DNA of 64,000 nucleotides from Escherichia coli (GTDB lineage: Bacteria > Pseudomonadota > Gammaproteobacteria > Enterobacterales > Enterobacteriaceae), in NCBI RefSeq assembly GCF_003334405.1, contig NZ_QOWM01000012.1. One strand, given 5' to 3'. A program made the position numbers and the translations under genes. The notes below the pieces were generated by a model, which ran no database searches, was not told the origin of the DNA, and saw only the letters and a program-made list of their open reading frames with translations. Shown piece by piece: positions 62,503-64,000 of this stretch; position 1 is the first letter of the stretch, and the number at the start of each line of letters is the position of its first letter.

Positions 62503-63815
62503 GGAAAGAGGATTTGCAGGCGGCTTTGCACCAGTTCGAGGGAGGCGGGTTCGCGCATCTCCTGGCGCAAAAATCGCTCAATGGCCGGAAACATTTTCAC
62601 CGCTTTGTCGACGCTGGCGTCGGCACCTGCCACATAGCCGCCGAGCGGGATCAGAGGTTTGATCTCCATATAGGCGGCATAGTTTTGCTTTAACGCGCGG
62701 GCGGATTGCTGATGTTCCAGGCTGGTGACCTGGTTCATGCAGCGGCTGATCGACTGGCCGATATCAATGGCCGGATAGTGCCCCGCTTCCGCCAGTTTGC
62801 GGGTTAATACGATATGCCCGTCCAGCACCGCGCGCGCGCAGTCGACAATCGGATCTTGCTGGTCGTCACCTTCCGCCAGCACGGTGTAGATGGCGGTCAT
62901 CGATCCCGCGCTTTCGCTGTTGCCTGCGCTTTCGACCAGTTTGGGGATCATGCCGAATGCCGATGGCGGATAACCTTTGGTGGCGGGCGGTTCGCCGAGC
63001 GAGAGGGCGATTTCCCGCTGCGCCATCGCGTAGCGGGTCAGGGAATCCACCAGCAGTAAGACGTGATGCCCGCGGTCGCGAAACCAGGCGGCGATGGAGT
63101 GGCACAGTTCGGTGGCTTTCAGACGCATCAGCGGCGATTCATCGGCAGGCGCGACGACGACGATAGACTTTGCCAGCCCGTCCGCGCCCAGCGAGTGGTC
63201 GATAAACTCTTTCACTTCGCGCCCGCGTTCCCCAATCAGCCCAACCACCACGATATCGGCTTTGGTCTGGCGGGTGATCATCCCCAGCAGCACGCTTTTC
63301 CCGACGCCGCTGCCTGCCATTAGTCCGACGCGCTGGCCTTTGCCGATGGTCAGCAGGCCGTTGATCGCTTTCACGCCCACGTCCAGCGGTTCGTCTACCG
63401 AACGACGAGTTAAGGGATTAACCGAGGGCGGCAACGGCGGCAGAAGGTCGTTGCCGTTCAGGCGGCCTTTGCCATCCAGCGGTTCGCCGAGGCCATTCAC
63501 CACGCGGCCTAACCAGCTTTCGCCTATCAGGATGTCGTGGGCTTTTTCTTCCGGGAAGACGCGTGCGCCTGCCATCAGGCCGACCGGCTGTTTAAACGGC
63601 ATTAAATAGGTGATGTCGCGATTAAAGCCCACGGCCTGCGCGTCGATCAGCGTGTGATTGGCACTTTCGATGCGGCACAGCTGCCCGGTCATTAGCGGGC
63701 AGCCGACACTCTCCAGCAGGATGCCGTTAAGGCGCACCAGCCGCCCGGCGACGCGGGCCAGCGGGATCGACTCCAGCGAGCGCAGGGCGTTATCGAACGC
63801 AGAAAAATCACTCAC
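62478..63815 (-). CDS. lfiI: Flagellar export ATPase, FliI-like
   Basis: 445-aa ORF with Walker A GSGVGKS and F1-ATPase-like fold; GTG start. Confidence 0.9.
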   Translation of the reverse strand: MSDFSAFDNALRSLESIPLARVAGRLVRLNGILLESVGCPLMTGQLCRIESANHTLIDAQAVGFNRDITYLMPFKQPVGLMAGARVFPEEKAHDILIGESWLGRVVNGLGEPLDGKGRLNGNDLLPPLPPSVNPLTRRSVDEPLDVGVKAINGLLTIGKGQRVGLMAGSGVGKSVLLGMITRQTKADIVVVGLIGERGREVKEFIDHSLGADGLAKSIVVVAPADESPLMRLKATELCHSIAAWFRDRGHHVLLLVDSLTRYAMAQREIALSLGEPPATKGYPPSAFGMIPKLVESAGNSESAGSMTAIYTVLAEGDDQQDPIVDCARAVLDGHIVLTRKLAEAGHYPAIDIGQSISRCMNQVTSLEHQQSARALKQNYAAYMEIKPLIPLGGYVAGADASVDKAVKMFPAIERFLRQEMREPASLELVQSRLQILFPCAKKAEQ

Positions 63816-64000
63816 CCTGCGACTCCGGCGTGAGTGTTTCTTTCAGCGCGGTCATGCATTGTTCAAGGCGATGCTCGCAGCCGATATCCAGTTCGGATTT
63901 GTCGGTGATCACCCGGCATTCGCCCGGTGGCAGATCCGGCGAAGGCGTCAGCCCCCATTCGCTGACCTTTTCCGGCACCGCGTCGCGCAGGCGGTTAAAC
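63809..64000 (-). CDS. lfiH: FliH-like export component, partial (N-terminus beyond the window end)
   Basis: Open minus-strand frame ending ...LEQCMTALKETLTPESQGE with its stop overlapping the fliI homolog start. Confidence 0.5.

Overview
E. coli-type chromosomal window with three blocks. (1) 1..~25841: a lambdoid prophage with a P22-type integrase inserted at tRNA-Thr (thrW); the window opens inside its side tail fiber gene. It runs stf, lom, a broken J, head and packaging genes, cos, a phage-21-type lysis cassette (pinholin S, SAR endolysin, Rz/Rz1), an orphan DNA methyltransferase, Q, replication and immunity genes, xis and int. It looks defective: no portal gene, no tail-shaft module, and J is a pseudogene. 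An AT-rich, opposite-strand moron between Q and the lysis genes encodes an OLD-family-like ABC ATPase with a TOPRIM-like C-terminus, which I consider the best candidate for an uncharacterised anti-phage system. (2) 25842..37150: conserved core genes thrW, proA, proB, phoE, crl, frsA, gpt, pepD, an rtcB/prfH remnant, yafP-yafO-yafN and dinB with its LexA box. (3) 37186..64000: an apparently intact Flag-2 lateral-flagella cluster (lafU to lafA, lafZ, lafW, lfgL to lfgB, lfgA, lfgM, lfgN, lfiJ, lfiI, partial lfiH), studded with REP elements and carrying a TagD-like cytidylyltransferase plus an 838-aa multidomain glycosyltransferase with a TagF-like domain. All calls rest on reading the supplied ORF translations and the DNA by eye; no database search was run, and start codons are approximate where noted.
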